This document shows, piece after piece, positions 28,647 to 37,958 of a stretch of DNA of 51,484 nt; position 1 is the first letter of the stretch, and every line of letters begins with the position of its first letter. Made by a program: the position numbers and the translations under genes. The notes beneath the pieces are model-generated. The model had not been told where the DNA came from, did not search any database, and saw only the letters and a program-made list of their open reading frames with translations. Location of the stretch: NCBI GenBank assembly GCA_024711065.1, contig JANJTN010000128.1:1-51484 (forward strand), given 5' to 3'. The DNA comes from a bacterium (GTDB taxonomy: Bacteria; Bacteroidota; Ignavibacteria; Kapaibacteriales; Kapaibacteriaceae).

Positions 28647-31275
28647 ATTGGTGATACACCCACATCAGCCAGGTGAACGACCGCTGCGTTGTGCGGGCCA
28701 CCAGCAGGTAGAGGCCCGAGGCGTTCATTCCCAGATCCAGCGGCACATCGACAGTGCCTGGCGGACGCTGGCCTTGGGTCAGGTAGGACAGGTCCAGCAC
28801 CGTGCGGCCCAGCAGGTCTACGATCTCGAACTGCTCGACGTCGCCGCGAAGGCGATCCAGGTTGTAAAGCCGCAGCGTAAACGTTTGATCGGTTGGATTC
28901 GGAAAGGTGTTAGCCCAGAAGATGGGCGTGGAGTGACTTTGGGGATCGTTGACTTCACTATCAATGCCCCCTACTGTTTCAGTGGAGACCTTGTGCAATC
29001 CCTGGTTGGAGGCGATCCACAATGTACCTGTGGTGTCGAAAGCTGCACTGGTGATCCGTATCTCCAGGCCTTCCAAGCCATCAACCAATCTCCACGACAT
29101 ACCATCATCGTCAGACCAGTGGACTCGATCATGTGTGACCCACGTAATGGTTCGGCCTCCACGGAAATCCACGTTGCCCGCGCAGAGCGAGTAACGCACG
29201 TTAGCGGGATGATGATTGACCACCTGCCATGTGAAGCCGTCATCGTTGCTGCGCAGTAGATAGGTCCCACCTATCACGTGCTGAACCGCCACAATGCTGT
29301 CCTGGCCGGCATTGCCTTCCACAGCTTGCAGAACGCGGCTAACGCTGCCAACACTTGCCCAGAGTGAGTTGTCAGTTGACCGCCTCTGCAGAGAGTACAC
29401 CATCTCGGCATCTACCGGCAGGGCAACTTTTGACCACGTTACACCACCATTGGTAGACCGGTGGAGGCCGCCGCGGACGGTGTCCGAAGGTTCCAAATTG
29501 ATGGTGACCACGTATCCGCGAAGGCCGCACAGCAGATCACCGTTCACCGTCTCCATCATGCAGCCGATAGCACCTTCTGCCTGGCCAGGCCTGCCCAGCG
29601 TGTCGAATCCATCAAGTGTACGCTTCAGAACCTGACGATAGCCTGCGAGTTCCTCGCCCGACGAAAGTCGAAGCCAGAACGACGTCGTGTCATCTCGCAC
29701 CACGTGCGGCCGCCGGCCGTAGACCACCTCATGCAGATGCTCCCCTCCCACGAACCAGCTTGAATCGGACGACCACAACAACCGAGGTGTCAAGTCTAGA
29801 TCTCGGACGAGCGGCGGCGAATCGTTCCACCGCTCAAGCCCAAAATCTCGTCGTATGATACCTGTGGCTTCGTGAGCCTGAAGGATGCTCGTTGAATCAT
29901 TCTGCAGGCGAGCCACACTGCCGTTCTCGTCAAGCCAGAGAACTGTTCCATTGTCTACGACCACGTCGTGACTCGTCACGGCAGTGAATCTGTCATGAGG
30001 ATCATCAACACGGCCAGCCATTTCGATCTGGCCGGTTGCCACATCCATGACATAGGCACCCGTGTTGCCGTCCACCCACAACACGTCGGTACCATTGTAG
30101 GCGTCCACGCCCATCGTCCAGTCATTCCATTGATCGGACGTGCCCAGTGGCGTGACACGGCGCACATCGCCTGTGCGCGCATTGACCTCGAAGAGCTTGG
30201 TGGTACGGTTGGCGTTGCGCGTCGAAACCAGGAACTCGTCGCCGTGATGACCCAGCAACCTGTGCCATTCAGCCTCCGGTTCGGCATCATACTCACCCGC
30301 CAGGATCTCCTCGGCCTCTCCGCCGCGCAGGATCAGCAGCCGGTCACTCAAGCCAAAGATCCCCGGATACTGTACAATGAGCACAACCATGCCGTTGCCA
30401 ATCTGGATAGTGTTCTTCACCCAGATCGAATCCAATACCTGGCCTCCGACTGACTCGTAGATGACCTCGCGGAAGACCGTATCGCCTGTCTCCAGATATC
30501 GGATCACATGCTTGCCTATTCGAGGTTCTATACCTAGGAGACCGCGGTTGGGAAGGCGGTAGATCTCGGGAATGACCCATGGGATCTCTGCATCGCCGTA
30601 TCGCTGTTCGTCAAGGTTGATCCTGTACCACCTGCCGGTCCCGGATTCCCTGCAGACAAATTCTCCATTCTGCAAATAGAAGAAGGCTAGGTCACTGCCC
30701 CTCAATGTATCCGGCTGAGGAACAGTGATCCAGCTCGTACCTGCGTTAGTAGTGTAGACATTACCTACACGCAGGGAACCATCACCAGGTTGTGTTACAA
30801 ACTTTACATTAGGTCTGGGAGCATTCCTCTGAAAGAACTCCCAGGTGTTCCCACTATCAGTTGAAATGAAGATTGTGGATTCGTTGGTATGTGCTGTGCC
30901 ATGACAGAGGAAAGTCTGTTTTCCAGCATAGTACATACCATCGATTCCTTTAGGTAAATACAGCTCAGAAAGCTCTCTAGGCATCCTGCTTTCAAACACG
31001 CGGCCGAAATCAGTGCTGAAGATTGGGCCTTTCCCGGCGTTAGATATTGCCAACGGAGGGCCAAATGACAGCAGGCCTTCATGAGCAATAATCAGATAGT
31101 GCCGTGATTGGCCCAATTGAGCCTGCTGAGCTTCTAATGGAGCTGCCGAAGAGACGAAAAAGCCAATTATTACTACTCCATGAACGAACAGAGCGAGGAC
31201 GGGGAATCGACAACCCACCGCACAGGCGCTGATGGTACAGGGCGGTGGGTTTGATCGTTGGTATTGGTTACTCAC
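28645..31275 (-). CDS. Secreted T9SS cargo, BNR/Asp-box beta-propeller protein
   Basis: Hydrophobic leader ending PLEA|QQ; Asp-boxes STDSGNTW, TTNAGTSW, STNGGVTW, SNDDGFTW, SDDDGMSW; C-terminal TFPNPTD..VDLLGR..ASGLYLL; exact start uncertain. Confidence 0.8.
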   Translation of the reverse strand: MSNQYQRSNPPPCTISACAVGCRFPVLALFVHGVVIIGFFVSSAAPLEAQQAQLGQSRHYLIIAHEGLLSFGPPLAISNAGKGPIFSTDFGRVFESRMPRELSELYLPKGIDGMYYAGKQTFLCHGTAHTNESTIFISTDSGNTWEFFQRNAPRPNVKFVTQPGDGSLRVGNVYTTNAGTSWITVPQPDTLRGSDLAFFYLQNGEFVCRESGTGRWYRINLDEQRYGDAEIPWVIPEIYRLPNRGLLGIEPRIGKHVIRYLETGDTVFREVIYESVGGQVLDSIWVKNTIQIGNGMVVLIVQYPGIFGLSDRLLILRGGEAEEILAGEYDAEPEAEWHRLLGHHGDEFLVSTRNANRTTKLFEVNARTGDVRRVTPLGTSDQWNDWTMGVDAYNGTDVLWVDGNTGAYVMDVATGQIEMAGRVDDPHDRFTAVTSHDVVVDNGTVLWLDENGSVARLQNDSTSILQAHEATGIIRRDFGLERWNDSPPLVRDLDLTPRLLWSSDSSWFVGGEHLHEVVYGRRPHVVRDDTTSFWLRLSSGEELAGYRQVLKRTLDGFDTLGRPGQAEGAIGCMMETVNGDLLCGLRGYVVTINLEPSDTVRGGLHRSTNGGVTWSKVALPVDAEMVYSLQRRSTDNSLWASVGSVSRVLQAVEGNAGQDSIVAVQHVIGGTYLLRSNDDGFTWQVVNHHPANVRYSLCAGNVDFRGGRTITWVTHDRVHWSDDDGMSWRLVDGLEGLEIRITSAAFDTTGTLWIASNQGLHKVSTETVGGIDSEVNDPQSHSTPIFWANTFPNPTDQTFTLRLYNLDRLRGDVEQFEIVDLLGRTVLDLSYLTQGQRPPGTVDVPLDLGMNASGLYLLVARTTQRSFTWLMWVYHQ

Positions 31276-31957
31276 AGCAGGCTGAGAACGTCAATTCGTC
31301 GCAATCCACTGGGTCAAGACATGTCCCTTGGCACGTCTCTGCATCTGGATCTTCGCAGATGGCCATTGCACACATCACACAGGCAGGGCCATGTGGGGGT
31401 GGTGAGTTGTCGATGCAGTACTGCCTCCACACGTAACAGTATTGATCGCAGTCTGTGTCACAAACCACGAGGCATTGGCCATCCCACTTCACACATTTTG
31501 GAAGTGCGAGGATGTGGCAGTACGGATACGTTTCTGCGCAGGCGTCGGGGGGTGTTGTTGTGCAGGACGGGAAGGAACCACTGACTCCAAGGTAGTCATT
31601 CTCGCAAAGATTCGTTTCGCAAATGATGGCGTTGTAGAGGGCTTCAATGCTTCCCGTTGGAAATCCAACTGGGACGCAGATCTTTTTGACCCATGAGATC
31701 CTGTCCTGGGTTGGCTGCGTACAAACAGTCGGGAAGTAGCACGGGTGAGCAATTCGGTTCGGATTAGGCATCTGCTCGCAACTGAACACCGTAATGTCGT
31801 AGTCGACCCCACCAATGCAGATGGTAAGATCCTTGGCGGTGAGCGCTTCACAGTTGCAGTTCGGGACATCCTGCCCGGAGCACTGTGCCGAGAGTTGCGG
31901 CGTGCCGAGCAACAAACAACACAGTCCAACGAGGAGGAAGAAGGCGGAGTGCTTCAT
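31268..31957 (-). CDS. Secreted cysteine-rich hypothetical protein
   Basis: GGAG RBS; signal peptide MKHSAFFLLVGLCCLLLGTPQLSA|Q; 29 Cys in 229 aa by manual count; its stop overlaps the start of the next gene. Confidence 0.8.
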   Translation of the reverse strand: MKHSAFFLLVGLCCLLLGTPQLSAQCSGQDVPNCNCEALTAKDLTICIGGVDYDITVFSCEQMPNPNRIAHPCYFPTVCTQPTQDRISWVKKICVPVGFPTGSIEALYNAIICETNLCENDYLGVSGSFPSCTTTPPDACAETYPYCHILALPKCVKWDGQCLVVCDTDCDQYCYVWRQYCIDNSPPPHGPACVMCAMAICEDPDAETCQGTCLDPVDCDELTFSACCE

Positions 31958-32090
31958 AGCGAATCTCCAGTGAAAGTAGAGAGAAGAACTTGTTCTCCCA
32001 ACACTACGGTATCGGAGTAAAAAAAAGCACTATTACGTACGCAATTCTTCGTATCCTCGTGACTTTGATTTTAAGCTTTACTTCAACAGG

Positions 32091-32116
32091 AAAGGGGCAT
32101 CCATTCGGACGCCCCT
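32091..32116. repeat. 26-bp direct repeat, right copy = terminator of the stand-alone fusA
   Basis: Minus strand AGGGGCGTCC-GAAT-GGATGCCCCT-TT, a 10-bp stem with one G.U pair, 60 nt after the fusA stop; identical to 28621-28646. Confidence 0.92.
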
Positions 32117-32176
32117 GATTGATCTCTCACTCCTGAACACTCAATCGTTCAAGCGTTCGAATGCTCAAGCGCTTGA

Positions 32177-34270
32177 CTAGCGGCCTTCGGCGCGCTTGGC
32201 AGCGTGCTCCTTGGCCATTTCGTCCTGAATGTTCTTTGGAATCTGCGAGTACTTCGCGAATTCCATCGAGAACTCGCCTTTGCCTTGGGTTACCGAGCGC
32301 AGGTCCGTGGAGTAGCCGAACATTTCCGACAGCGGCACTTCGGCCTCGACGGTCACATAGGCCACGTCCGACTCCGTGCGGATGATCACGCCACGACGCT
32401 GGTTGATCTGACCGATCACCGTGCCCTGGAACTCTTCCGGCGCGCTTACTTCCAGCTTCATGATCGGCTCGAGCACGATCGGCTTGGCTTTCATATAGGC
32501 TTCGCGGAAGGCCATCAGCGAAGCGGTCTTGAACGCCTGCTCGGAGGAGTCCACCGCGTGCGTTGCACCGTCGTTGATGGTCACACGCACACCCACGATC
32601 TTCTGACCGATGATAGTACCTTCCTGCAGTGCTTCCTGGAAGCCCTTGTTACAGGCCGGAATGTACTCGCGGGGGATCACACCGCCTACGATATCATCCA
32701 CGAACTCATAGGTTTCAACGGCATCCAGTGGCAGCGGCTCGATAAAGCCCCCTACCCGACCGAACTGGCCGGAACCACCCGTCTGCTTCTTGTGCGTGTA
32801 GTTGAACTCGGCGCGCTGCGAGATGGCTTCGCGGAAGGCTACCTTCGGACGTCCAACGATCACTTCGGTGTTGTATTCGCGCTTGATCCGCTCAATGTAG
32901 ATATCCAGGTGCAGCTCGCCCATGCCCTTGATGATGGTCTCACCAGACTCTTCATCTCGGCTTACGCGGAAGGTTGGGTCTTCCTTGGTGAAGCGGTTGA
33001 GGGCCTTGGAGAAGTTCACCTGACCGGCCTTGTCCTTCGGAGCCACGGCCAACTCGATCACGGGCTCGGGAACGAACATCGACGTCATCGAATAGTTCAC
33101 TGTTCCGTCCGTGAACGTGTCGCCCGAGGCGCAGTCCACACCGAACAACGCCACGATGTCTCCAGCGCGTGCTTCTTCGATGTCGTGCATCTCGCTGGAG
33201 TGCATCCGCACCAGGCGCGGCACCTTGATCTTCTTGTTGCCGGACACGTTGAAGATGAAGTCGCCTTTCTTGACCGTACCCTGATAGATCCGCATGTAGG
33301 TCAGCTGACCATAGCGGCCGTCTTCGAGTTTGAAGGCGAGCATCACGAGCGGCTTGGAAGGATCGCTAGCGAGCGCCACTTTCTCTTCGTTCTTGTCCTG
33401 GTCCAGGGCTTCGTTGTTGATGTCGAACGGTGCCGGCAGGAAGTTCGTTACCCCGTCCAGCAGCGTCTGCACGCCTTTGTTCTTGTAGGCCGAGCCACAG
33501 AACACCGGCGTCATGTTCATCGTAAGCGTACCCTTGCGGATGGCGGCCATCAACTCGGCGGTCGTAGGCTGCTCGTCCATCAGGAATTTCTCCATCAGCG
33601 AATCGTCAAAGTCGGCCGCGACCTCGACCAGGCGACGGCGGAGTTCGCCGGCCTTGTCGGCCATGTGCACCGGGATCTCCTCGACACGGATGTCCGAGCC
33701 CCCTTCACCATCGAAGTACACGGCCTTCATATTCACGATGTCGAGCACGCCTTCGAGCTTGTCTTCGAGGCCGATCGGATACGTCACGAACGCCGGGTTG
33801 TGCTGGAGCTTCTCGGCAAGCTGCGCCATCACACGGTCCGGGTTGGCACCCGAACGGTCGCACTTGTTGATGAAGGCCAGGCGCGGTACGCTGTAGCGGC
33901 GCATCTGACGGTCCACCGTGATGGACTGCGACTGCACGCCTGCCACCGAGCACAGCACGAGCACGGCGCCGTCGAGCACACGCAGAGCGCGCTCCACTTC
34001 CACCGTGAAGTCCACGTGGCCTGGAGTGTCGATCAGGTTGATGTTGAAATCACCCCACTCGCAGTACGTTGCGGCAGACTGGATGGTAATGCCCTTCTCG
34101 CGCTCGAGATCCATCGAGTCCATCTTGGCGCCCACGCCGTCCTTGCCACGAACCTCGTGGATCGCGTGGATCTTGCCGGTGTAGAACAGGATGCGTTCGG
34201 ACAATGTGGTCTTGCCCGAGTCGATGTGAGCCGAGATTCCAATGTTCCGGACTTTTGACAGGTCAGCCAT
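32177..34270 (-). CDS. fusA: Elongation factor G, stand-alone copy (spdEFG1/mtEFG1-type)
   Basis: [61 protein letters not shown]; intact domain [13 protein letters not shown] and [10 protein letters not shown]. Confidence 0.96.
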   Translation of the reverse strand: MADLSKVRNIGISAHIDSGKTTLSERILFYTGKIHAIHEVRGKDGVGAKMDSMDLEREKGITIQSAATYCEWGDFNINLIDTPGHVDFTVEVERALRVLDGAVLVLCSVAGVQSQSITVDRQMRRYSVPRLAFINKCDRSGANPDRVMAQLAEKLQHNPAFVTYPIGLEDKLEGVLDIVNMKAVYFDGEGGSDIRVEEIPVHMADKAGELRRRLVEVAADFDDSLMEKFLMDEQPTTAELMAAIRKGTLTMNMTPVFCGSAYKNKGVQTLLDGVTNFLPAPFDINNEALDQDKNEEKVALASDPSKPLVMLAFKLEDGRYGQLTYMRIYQGTVKKGDFIFNVSGNKKIKVPRLVRMHSSEMHDIEEARAGDIVALFGVDCASGDTFTDGTVNYSMTSMFVPEPVIELAVAPKDKAGQVNFSKALNRFTKEDPTFRVSRDEESGETIIKGMGELHLDIYIERIKREYNTEVIVGRPKVAFREAISQRAEFNYTHKKQTGGSGQFGRVGGFIEPLPLDAVETYEFVDDIVGGVIPREYIPACNKGFQEALQEGTIIGQKIVGVRVTINDGATHAVDSSEQAFKTASLMAFREAYMKAKPIVLEPIMKLEVSAPEEFQGTVIGQINQRRGVIIRTESDVAYVTVEAEVPLSEMFGYSTDLRSVTQGKGEFSMEFAKYSQIPKNIQDEMAKEHAAKRAEGR

Positions 34271-34308
34271 GGCGGTACTGTGTCTGAAATTGATGTGGGA
34301 AAAGACAA

Positions 34309-34341
34309 CAAAGATACCGCAAAGTTTCCAGCGTTCCCAAA
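34309..34341 (-). promoter_or_regulatory. Bacteroidota-type sigmaA promoter of the stand-alone fusA
   Basis: Minus strand TTTG-N21-TATCTTTG, ending 38 nt before the ATG. Confidence 0.8.
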
Positions 34342-34379
34342 TGAAACAGAGTTCATGTGGAAGGGGGCTTGCAGAGGCC

Positions 34380-35612
34380 TCAATCCGCCCCGTCCTTCAG
34401 CTCCAGCTTTCGCAGGATCGGGGCCTTGAAGGCCACAGCGGACAGGATCAGGAGCGTCATCACGCCGCCGAAGATCACGCTGGGGACCGCGCCCATCAGG
34501 CGGGCGGCAACGCCGGACTCGAGGGCGCCGATCTCGTTGCTGGACGAGATGAACATCGTGTTGGCAGCCGCGACGCGGCCGCGCATTTCGTCCGGGGTAA
34601 AGAGCTGCAGAATGGTCCCCCGGATCACCACGCTCACGGCGTCGAACGCACCCACACCAACGAGCAGCACAACACTGAGCCAGAAACTGGTGCTCAGGGC
34701 GAAAGCGATAGTGCACAGACCAAAGCCCCCTACCGCCAGCAGGAGCGTCCGTCCCGTATTCCGCTCCGGCGGGCGCACACTGAGCAACGTCATGATCAGC
34801 ACACTACCTACGGACGGCGCGGCCCGAAGTACACCCAGGCCACTGGCATCCACATGCAACACCTGGTCGGCAAAGACCGGCAGGATGGCGACGGCGCCGC
34901 CGAACAGCACGGCCAGCATGTCCAGCCCCAGCGCACCCAGGATCACCTGGTTCTTGAGAATGAAACGCAGTCCGAGCGTGAGGTCCTGCTTCAGACTCCC
35001 CTTGCTCTCCGATGCGATCGGCGGAAACGACGGCAATCCGGCGATGCCGATCACGGCGATGAGCATGGAGGCAATGGTACACACCGATGCCACGGTCACG
35101 CCAAACGATCCATAGAGTACGCCAGCGGTCATCGGGCCCAGCACCATCGCCCCCTGCCAGACGGTACTACCGGCCGCAGTGGCACGAGCCAGCAGGTCGC
35201 GCGGCACGATGCGGCTGAGCACCGAGAACATCGAGGGCGAATAGATCGAACGTGCGAAGCCATTCACCACCACCATGGCCAGCATCAGTCCGACGGTCCA
35301 CTGTTGCCCCAGATGCTGCGCCGAAGCCGGCTGCACCAGCATGGCTGTGGCGATAGCGCTGAGGAGCACCAGGATGGTGGCTACCACGATCGACCGTTTC
35401 TTGTTCATCTTGTCCACCACGTACCCCATCGGCAACGCAGCACCGATCGCCGGGATGGCCTCGGCCAGGCCCACCATCCCAAGCATCAATGGGTCTCGGG
35501 TCAGATCGTAGATCCTCCATGCTACCACCAACGCCTGCATGTGCCAGCCGGAGGCCATGAAGAAGCGCAGCAACAAGTACGATCGGAAGGGGGCTAGCAG
35601 AAGCGGATTCAC
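34380..35612 (-). CDS. MFS transporter (DHA3/EntS-like)
   Basis: About 12 hydrophobic segments; [60 protein letters not shown]. Confidence 0.9.
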   Translation of the reverse strand: MNPLLLAPFRSYLLLRFFMASGWHMQALVVAWRIYDLTRDPLMLGMVGLAEAIPAIGAALPMGYVVDKMNKKRSIVVATILVLLSAIATAMLVQPASAQHLGQQWTVGLMLAMVVVNGFARSIYSPSMFSVLSRIVPRDLLARATAAGSTVWQGAMVLGPMTAGVLYGSFGVTVASVCTIASMLIAVIGIAGLPSFPPIASESKGSLKQDLTLGLRFILKNQVILGALGLDMLAVLFGGAVAILPVFADQVLHVDASGLGVLRAAPSVGSVLIMTLLSVRPPERNTGRTLLLAVGGFGLCTIAFALSTSFWLSVVLLVGVGAFDAVSVVIRGTILQLFTPDEMRGRVAAANTMFISSSNEIGALESGVAARLMGAVPSVIFGGVMTLLILSAVAFKAPILRKLELKDGAD

Positions 35613-35617
35613 GAACG

Positions 35618-35634
35618 CAAAGGTAGTATCTTGG
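35618..35634. promoter_or_regulatory. Back-to-back -7 elements for the MFS and bestrophin genes
   Basis: Minus TACCTTTG (35618-35625) 5 nt before GTG 35612; plus TATCTTGG (35627-35634) 7 nt before ATG 35642. Confidence 0.55.
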
Positions 35635-35641
35635 CCACCGT

Positions 35642-36532
35642 ATGATCACGGAAACCGGACTCAAGTTCAGCATCATCGCTCGGGTGATCTGGAAACGCCT
35701 GGCCTACCTGTTACTGCTGTCGGTAGTGGTGGTAGTGACCTATGACTTCTGGGGACAGCACGTAGACCTGCCCAATACGCCCCTTGCCATCTTCGGCACC
35801 CTGCTGGCCATCCTCCTGGGTTTTCGCGTGAACAACGCCTATCAACGGTGGTGGGAAGCCCGCATGCTCTGGGGCAAGATCGTGAACGACTCTCGGTCGA
35901 CGGCGCGGATGATCCTGTCCTACGTAGGCCCTGTAGACCCAGAACGCGCGCGCACGATGGTCCGCCGCCAGATCGGGTATTGCTGGTCGCTGCGCAATCA
36001 TCTCAGGGGGCTGTCCAAAGACCTGGACCTGACACCGTTCTTTGAGACCAACGAGCTGGCTCTCTTACTGCAACGTGTGAACGTTCCCAATGCGATCATC
36101 GAATCCAACTCTCGCGATGTGGCGGAGCTGGAACGCATGGGGCTATTGAACCGCACCCATGTCCGCCTCTTCGAAGAGCGCTTCTGCCTGTTCCTCGATA
36201 GCCAAGGTGGCTGCGAGCGGATCAAGAAGACGGTGTTCCCACATGACTATCGGTACTACACCACGTTCTTCGTGAATGTGTTCTCTACGATCTTCCCGTT
36301 CATCATCGTGGATGAGGCAGACTGGCAGACGGTGCCGTGGACGATCTTCTTCGGCTTTGCGTTGTCCAGTATCGATCACCTGGCAAAGGCGATCGAAAAT
36401 CCGTTCGAGAACCGCGTGAACGATACAGCCATGAATGCCATCAGCCGCACGATCGAGATCGACCTGCGCCAGATGCTCGGCGAAACGGAACTGCCGGAAC
36501 CGGTCAAGCCGGTGGACGGATATTTGATGTAG
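35642..36532 (+). CDS. Bestrophin-family ion channel (YneE-like)
   Basis: LGFRVNNAYQRWWEARMLWG, GGCERIKKTVFP, IENPFE motifs. Confidence 0.92.
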   Translation: MITETGLKFSIIARVIWKRLAYLLLLSVVVVVTYDFWGQHVDLPNTPLAIFGTLLAILLGFRVNNAYQRWWEARMLWGKIVNDSRSTARMILSYVGPVDPERARTMVRRQIGYCWSLRNHLRGLSKDLDLTPFFETNELALLLQRVNVPNAIIESNSRDVAELERMGLLNRTHVRLFEERFCLFLDSQGGCERIKKTVFPHDYRYYTTFFVNVFSTIFPFIIVDEADWQTVPWTIFFGFALSSIDHLAKAIENPFENRVNDTAMNAISRTIEIDLRQMLGETELPEPVKPVDGYLM

Positions 36533-36565
36533 GGGCGAGGGGCGAGGGGCGAAGGACGAAGGGCT
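36531..36565. repeat. Heptamer tandem repeat (AGGGGCG)3 + two degenerate units
   Basis: aggggcg aggggcg aggggcg aaggacg aagggct fills the gap between two convergent stop codons. Confidence 0.8.
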
Positions 36566-37931
36566 AGTTCGTCCACTTGTCCACGGCAGAGCAGACCACG
36601 GCATCTCCGGTTACGTTCACCACTGTGCGGCCCATATCCAGCAGGCGGTCCACCGGCACGATGAAGCTGATCCAGGCCGGATTCAACCCCACGCTCTGCA
36701 TCACCAGGATCATGGTCACCAGTCCCGCACTGGGCACTGCCGCAGCGCCGATCGATGCCAGCGTAGCGGTGAGCACGATCGTTACCTGTTGCATCAGCGA
36801 GAGATCCACCATGTGGAACTGGGCCAGGAACACCACGGCCACGGCCTGATACAACGACGTTCCATCCATGTTCACGGTGGCTCCGATGGGCAGCACGAAT
36901 CCGACGGTTTCTTTGCGAACACCCAGGTTGTCGTGTACACACTCCATGGTTACTGGTAGCGTAGCAGCGCTGGAGCTGGACGAGAACGCCAGCATCTGCG
37001 CGGGAGCCATGCCCCGAAAGAACTGGCCAACGGTCATATCCCTACGGAACGTTCGGATGATCAACGGATAGATCACGAAGATCATCAGTACCAACCCCAG
37101 CACCACGGTCAGGCTGTACCAGCCGAGACTCTGAAAGATCGCACCGAGTCGTGAGGGGTCGTTCCCTGCCAAGCCCCCTACCTTCCCGGCAACAAGGCAG
37201 AACACGAAAAATGGTGCCGCCTTCATCACCATGTCGACCATCTTCAGCAGCACGTCATCGGTGGCTGACAGCAGGTCCGCCATGGCCTTGGTTCGATCGG
37301 AAGGCACCAGCACCATGGCGATGCCAAAGAGCACAGCAAAGGCGATGATCTGCAGCATGGCGGCATCGGTGAAGGCCCCGAACAGATTCTCCGGGATCAC
37401 GTCCACCAGCGGCTGCAATGGACCCTGCTCGCGGGTAGCTTCCATTGTCTGCAGTCCTTTGGCCACCTTGGCGTCCACCACTTCCTCGCCCACCGCTGCG
37501 GAAGCCTGTGGCTGGGTGATCTGTCGTCCATCAAGGGTCTCCACGCCATCGGTCCGGGCTACCCAGGCTTCGTACCGTGCCCGATTGCGCAGGCGCTGGT
37601 CCTGATCGATCATGGATCCCGGCTGGATAAGGTTCACCAGCAGAAGGCCCAGAGACACCGCCATCACGGTCGTGACCAGGTAGAGCATCAGCGTACGGAA
37701 GCCTAGCCTTCCCAGGCGCCGGATGTCGCTCAACGAGGCAACGCCTCGGATCACCGACACAGCTACGAGCGGCACGGCGATCAGCTTGAGGAGTCGCAGA
37801 AAGATCTCACCGAACGGGTCGATCCAGTTGTCGGTCAGCGAAGCCCAACCCAGCGACGAGGCCAGGAACGCCCAGCCAAATCCCAGGCCAAGCGCGATCA
37901 CGATCTGCCAATGGAGCGCCAGTTTCTTCAT
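36564..37931 (-). CDS. Dicarboxylate/amino acid:cation symporter (DAACS, GltP-like)
   Basis: FLRLLKLIAVPL, AFSSSSSAATLP, LPIGATVNMDGT, SIGAAAVP, DRLLDMGRTVVNVTGD. Confidence 0.95.
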   Translation of the reverse strand: MKKLALHWQIVIALGLGFGWAFLASSLGWASLTDNWIDPFGEIFLRLLKLIAVPLVAVSVIRGVASLSDIRRLGRLGFRTLMLYLVTTVMAVSLGLLLVNLIQPGSMIDQDQRLRNRARYEAWVARTDGVETLDGRQITQPQASAAVGEEVVDAKVAKGLQTMEATREQGPLQPLVDVIPENLFGAFTDAAMLQIIAFAVLFGIAMVLVPSDRTKAMADLLSATDDVLLKMVDMVMKAAPFFVFCLVAGKVGGLAGNDPSRLGAIFQSLGWYSLTVVLGLVLMIFVIYPLIIRTFRRDMTVGQFFRGMAPAQMLAFSSSSSAATLPVTMECVHDNLGVRKETVGFVLPIGATVNMDGTSLYQAVAVVFLAQFHMVDLSLMQQVTIVLTATLASIGAAAVPSAGLVTMILVMQSVGLNPAWISFIVPVDRLLDMGRTVVNVTGDAVVCSAVDKWTN

Positions 37932-37958
37932 GACAGGAAGATAGGCAGCATCAGCAGC

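Noticed and set aside
32019-32026. A8 tract upstream of the Cys-rich gene as a phase-variation switch
   Set aside because: Eight bases in an AT-rich leader is unremarkable, and I could not place it between defined promoter boxes.
24827-32116. Hairpin repeats as a CRISPR array or IS ends
   Set aside because: Only 2-3 copies, kilobases apart and in direct orientation; there are no spacers of CRISPR size, no cas genes and no transposase.
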